This document shows, in pieces, positions 61,095 to 64,000 of a DNA stretch of 64,000 nucleotides. The notes under the pieces are model-generated. The model ran no database searches, was not told the DNA's origin, and saw only the letters and a program-made list of their open reading frames with translations. Both the position numbers and the translations under genes were made by a program. This DNA comes from Planctomycetota bacterium (GTDB lineage: Bacteria > Planctomycetota > UBA8108 > SXIK01), in NCBI GenBank assembly GCA_965223845.1, contig CBDCXR010000004.1, positions 416,001 to 480,000 on the forward strand, written 5' to 3'. How positions within the stretch are numbered: the stretch's first letter is position 1; every line of letters begins with the position of its first letter.

Positions 61095-61913
61095 ATGGCT
61101 CGGCTGATCATCTTCGACGAGCGCGTACGCGCAATCGACTTGCCGAACCGCCCGGTGGTGATCGGGCGGTCCCTCAAGTCGGACATCCCCATTCGCGATC
61201 GACTGCTGTCGCGGCGGCACTGTCAGATTTCGCCCCGTTCCGGGTCGAGCACCGGTGCGGCGGCGCGCAGCGAGGCCGTTTTCTCCGATCTTCGAAGCCA
61301 GAACGGTTCTTTCCTCAACGGCGTCCGCGTCGACGAAGCGAAGCTCGAGTTCGACGATGTGATCGAGATCGGCTCGACCGTGATGGTGTTTCTCGACACC
61401 GAAACCTGGGAGCGAGGTGAGGGGCTCACCAAGCTTCGCAACCCGGTCAAGGCGCAGGAACTCGTTCAGCGCCTGCGCCGCATCGCGCGGAGCGAGAACG
61501 GCGGCGATGCGGGCGGAGTCGAGAGAGCGACGGGGGCGGTCGCGACGGAGGCGGTCGAGGCCGAGTTCGCGCAGTGGGCGACGGGGCAGCTGCGGAAGTC
61601 GCCGTTTCTCGAAGAGCTCATCGCGGGCTACGTCTCTCAGCGGGTCGTCGCGATTTTCCTCCGGCGACTGCCGGAGCTTCGGCGGGCGATATCCGAAGCG
61701 ATCGATCGTGTCATGCTGCCGGAGTCGTTCGAGGGGGACGCCGAGTCGTTTCGTGCCGTCGTCGCCGACGCGGTGCGCGGTGCGCTCCGAGAGGTGGTGG
61801 GCGACGCCGAGAGCGGGACCCGGGACGACCGACCGAGCGCGGCCCGAGCGGGCGGCGGCGAGAAGAGCGACCCGCAGACCCCGACGGAAGGCGAAGAAGG
61901 AGCTCGCGAGTGA
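61095..61913 (+). CDS. FHA domain protein
   Basis: IGR, SRRH, DLRSQNGSFLNG, DVIEIG phosphothreonine-binding motifs; helical C-terminal region. Confidence 0.85.
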   Translation: MARLIIFDERVRAIDLPNRPVVIGRSLKSDIPIRDRLLSRRHCQISPRSGSSTGAAARSEAVFSDLRSQNGSFLNGVRVDEAKLEFDDVIEIGSTVMVFLDTETWERGEGLTKLRNPVKAQELVQRLRRIARSENGGDAGGVERATGAVATEAVEAEFAQWATGQLRKSPFLEELIAGYVSQRVVAIFLRRLPELRRAISEAIDRVMLPESFEGDAESFRAVVADAVRGALREVVGDAESGTRDDRPSAARAGGGEKSDPQTPTEGEEGARE

Positions 61914-62830
61914 AAGCGACCGACGACGTCCGCACCCTCCTCAGTCAGGAGGAAGTCGACGCGCTCCTCGACGAGTCGAGCTCACCTGCGGGCGAGGAGC
62001 GAGCGGACGGCGATCCGCCCGCCTCTGCTCGACCGAGGATGATCGTCGCGTCGCGACGCGGTCCCGACGCACGCCTCCTGCGCGCGCGACTGCAAGCGAA
62101 CGGAGCGGTGGTCGATTCCCTCCGCGACGGTCTACGCATCCTCGACTTGCTGCGGGCGCGGAGCTACGGCCTCGTCGTCACCGATGCAGAGCTCTGGGCC
62201 GATCGCGCGGCGCTCCTCGTCGAGCGCACGGCCGAGATCGAGCCGCCCCCAGTCGTCGCGTTCTTCGTCGAGCGATCGACCGCGCGCTCGAGCCTCCCCG
62301 TCGGCGCCACCGTCATTCCCTGTCCGATTCCGGCGGGCCGCGTCGAGCTCACTGCGCGCGAGCTCGTGGCCGCGGCCGGTGCGACGGACCGATCGAGCGG
62401 AGTGGTGGCCGCGCTCGACCGCGCTCAACCGGAGAGCGAAGCCGAGGGCGAGACGTCGTGGCTGCGGTTCTTTCTCGAATCGCAGCGCGCGCTCTCGCGC
62501 GGAGGCGGGAGAGCCACGCTCAGAAGATCGATCGCCACGCTCGCGCGAGACGTGCTCGGCGCGCGGGCCGTTGGCGTGACGACGACGAGCGCCCACGGGT
62601 TCGAGCGGCTGGTCGTCGCGGAGGACGCCGATGCGGCCGCCCACTTCGACGTTGGCGATCGCGCGGAATTATCGGCGCGAGATCGCCGCGACGCGATCGT
62701 GATCGACGAGTGCGGCGAAACACTCGAGATCTCCGAACTCCCGAGCGCGGTGCGCGCTCTCGCGCTGGACTATCGGAACGATCTACGCGCGCTCGTCGAG
62801 AGGATCGCGCGCGCGGACGGAACGCGTTGA
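61910..62830 (+). CDS. Hypothetical protein with FliM-N-like peptide and degenerate receiver-like region
   Basis: GTGA overlap with the FHA gene; LLSQEEVDALL; GAVV....DGL..L..L....YGLVVTD. Confidence 0.6.
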   Translation: MKATDDVRTLLSQEEVDALLDESSSPAGEERADGDPPASARPRMIVASRRGPDARLLRARLQANGAVVDSLRDGLRILDLLRARSYGLVVTDAELWADRAALLVERTAEIEPPPVVAFFVERSTARSSLPVGATVIPCPIPAGRVELTARELVAAAGATDRSSGVVAALDRAQPESEAEGETSWLRFFLESQRALSRGGGRATLRRSIATLARDVLGARAVGVTTTSAHGFERLVVAEDADAAAHFDVGDRAELSARDRRDAIVIDECGETLEISELPSAVRALALDYRNDLRALVERIARADGTR

Positions 62831-62947
62831 TCGCGCTCGCTGTTACCGGCCCATCGCAGCAAGCGAGCGTGCATCACCATCGTTTGCGCATCGCCCGGAC
62901 CAGAAGCGTGCCGACACACGCACGCACCGCCGCTGCGTCCGCTCGAG

Positions 62948-62975
62948 TTGCCGGCTGATGCCCGCCGTGTATACT
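62948..62975 (+). promoter_or_regulatory. sigma70 promoter for the terminal lipoprotein gene
   Basis: TTGCCG-N16-TATACT. Confidence 0.55.
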
Positions 62976-63213
62976 TCCCTGCACATCCGTTCGATCTCCG
63001 GCTGATTTTCGGCCGCGCCGATCGAAGATCTCGAATCGAGCCGCGCGACGGACGATTCGCGGGCGTGCGGAGATCGAGTCGCGTCTTGCGACGGTTCGTG
63101 CGCCGGGTTGCCGGTCTCTGGCAGTTCCCAGCGCCGGTCGAGTCCAGACCGTCGAATCCAGACCAACCCAGCTAAGCAGCATTGACGATTTTGGGGTCTG
63201 AGGAGGACTTCGG

Positions 63214-64000
63214 ATGATTGTGCGAGAGTCTCGCTTGTTTGCTCTTCTTGCCGTGGCACTCGCGGCGGTCGCGCTCTCCGGGTGCACGTCGGCGGATCTG
63301 GTTGCCCAAAAGGACAAGGAGATCTCCGAGATTCGGTACGAAGCGGATCGGCTGCGCGGATCGCTGGCGGCGGCCGTGTCCGACGCGCGTGAGCTCAAGA
63401 AGAGCCTCGAGGCGTCCGAGTCCGAGACGAAGAACGCGAAGGACGAAGTCGCCGGACTGACCGCGAAGCTCACCGCGGCGAACGAGCAGCTCGAGCTCGC
63501 CTCTGAAGAGAGGAGTCGGCAGACCGTCGCGGTCGCCGACGCTGACGCGCGCGTCGAATCGCTCGAGCGCACCCTCGCGAAAGTGCGTTCGGTGGCGAGT
63601 GATTCCGTCGGTGAGCTCGCCGACCTTCGGCTCAAGGTCCAGTCGAGCGACCAGGAGCTCGCCAAGCTCCGCGACGAAGCGAAGACGCTGCGGGAGGATC
63701 GCGCGAAGCTCCTCGACAAGGTCGACCGCACGCAGGCCGAGCTCACAAAATCGAAGGCAGTCCTCCGCTCTCTTCGATCCGGCCAGTCGGATGAAGAGAC
63801 GCGCGTTGCCGAGCTCGCCGGACGAGTCGCGGACCTCGAGCACGAAAACGCCGATCTGCGCGGCGAACGGGTCGCGCTCGAGAAGCGAGTCGAAGTCCTC
63901 GACGAGCGGGACGAGAAGCTCAGTGTCGCCCTCGCCAAGCTGCAGAAGGCGCAGGAAACCGGCGAGCGAGAGATCGCGGTCGTCGAGGAGGCACCAGCGG
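63214..64000 (+). CDS. Coiled-coil lipoprotein (partial, runs off the window)
   Basis: SD GAGGAGG; MIVRESRLFALLAVALAAVALSG-C lipobox; long heptad E/K/L/A-rich sequence; absent from the ORF track because no stop occurs in the window. Confidence 0.8.
   Translation, partial: MIVRESRLFALLAVALAAVALSGCTSADLVAQKDKEISEIRYEADRLRGSLAAAVSDARELKKSLEASESETKNAKDEVAGLTAKLTAANEQLELASEERSRQTVAVADADARVESLERTLAKVRSVASDSVGELADLRLKVQSSDQELAKLRDEAKTLREDRAKLLDKVDRTQAELTKSKAVLRSLRSGQSDEETRVAELAGRVADLEHENADLRGERVALEKRVEVLDERDEKLSVALAKLQKAQETGEREIAVVEEAPA

Overview
High-GC bacterial chromosomal segment, most likely from an uncultured Planctomycetota lineage (inferred from ECF sigma/Ser-Thr kinase pairs, a planctomycete-type PQQ propeller, a sulfatase, 'RGDANxDG' dockerin-like modules and an SRP RNA with a UAAC loop). 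From left to right: a CPA1 antiporter; a small carbohydrate cluster (Gfo/Idh/MocA, sulfatase, GH-A-like hydrolase); two tRNA-Ser genes; a ~14 kb accessory block with two 'secreted protein - ECF sigma - giant transmembrane kinase' modules, ending at a 176-bp rod-folding MITE with a 6-bp target duplication; UbiA/GT-C/PQQ-dehydrogenase-cytochrome c genes; two dockerin-bearing secreted proteins preceded by a -24/-12 sigma54 promoter with two palindromic enhancer-like sites, divergent from a 1712-aa kinase-AAA-TPR-GAF-sigma54 activator; a membrane-anchored ECF sigma; ffs-dnaX-ybaB-recR; an ABC exporter with a frameshifted permease; a propionyl-CoA/methylmalonyl-CoA operon with birA and a divergent MerR; an orphan EF-G paralog with a long structured leader; an FHA protein coupled to a protein with a FliM-N-like peptide; and a coiled-coil lipoprotein running off the end. 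No CRISPR array, integrase or transposase was seen. The best candidate for an undescribed system is the sigma54/kinase-controlled dockerin-protein locus. All product calls come from motif recognition by eye; no searches were run.
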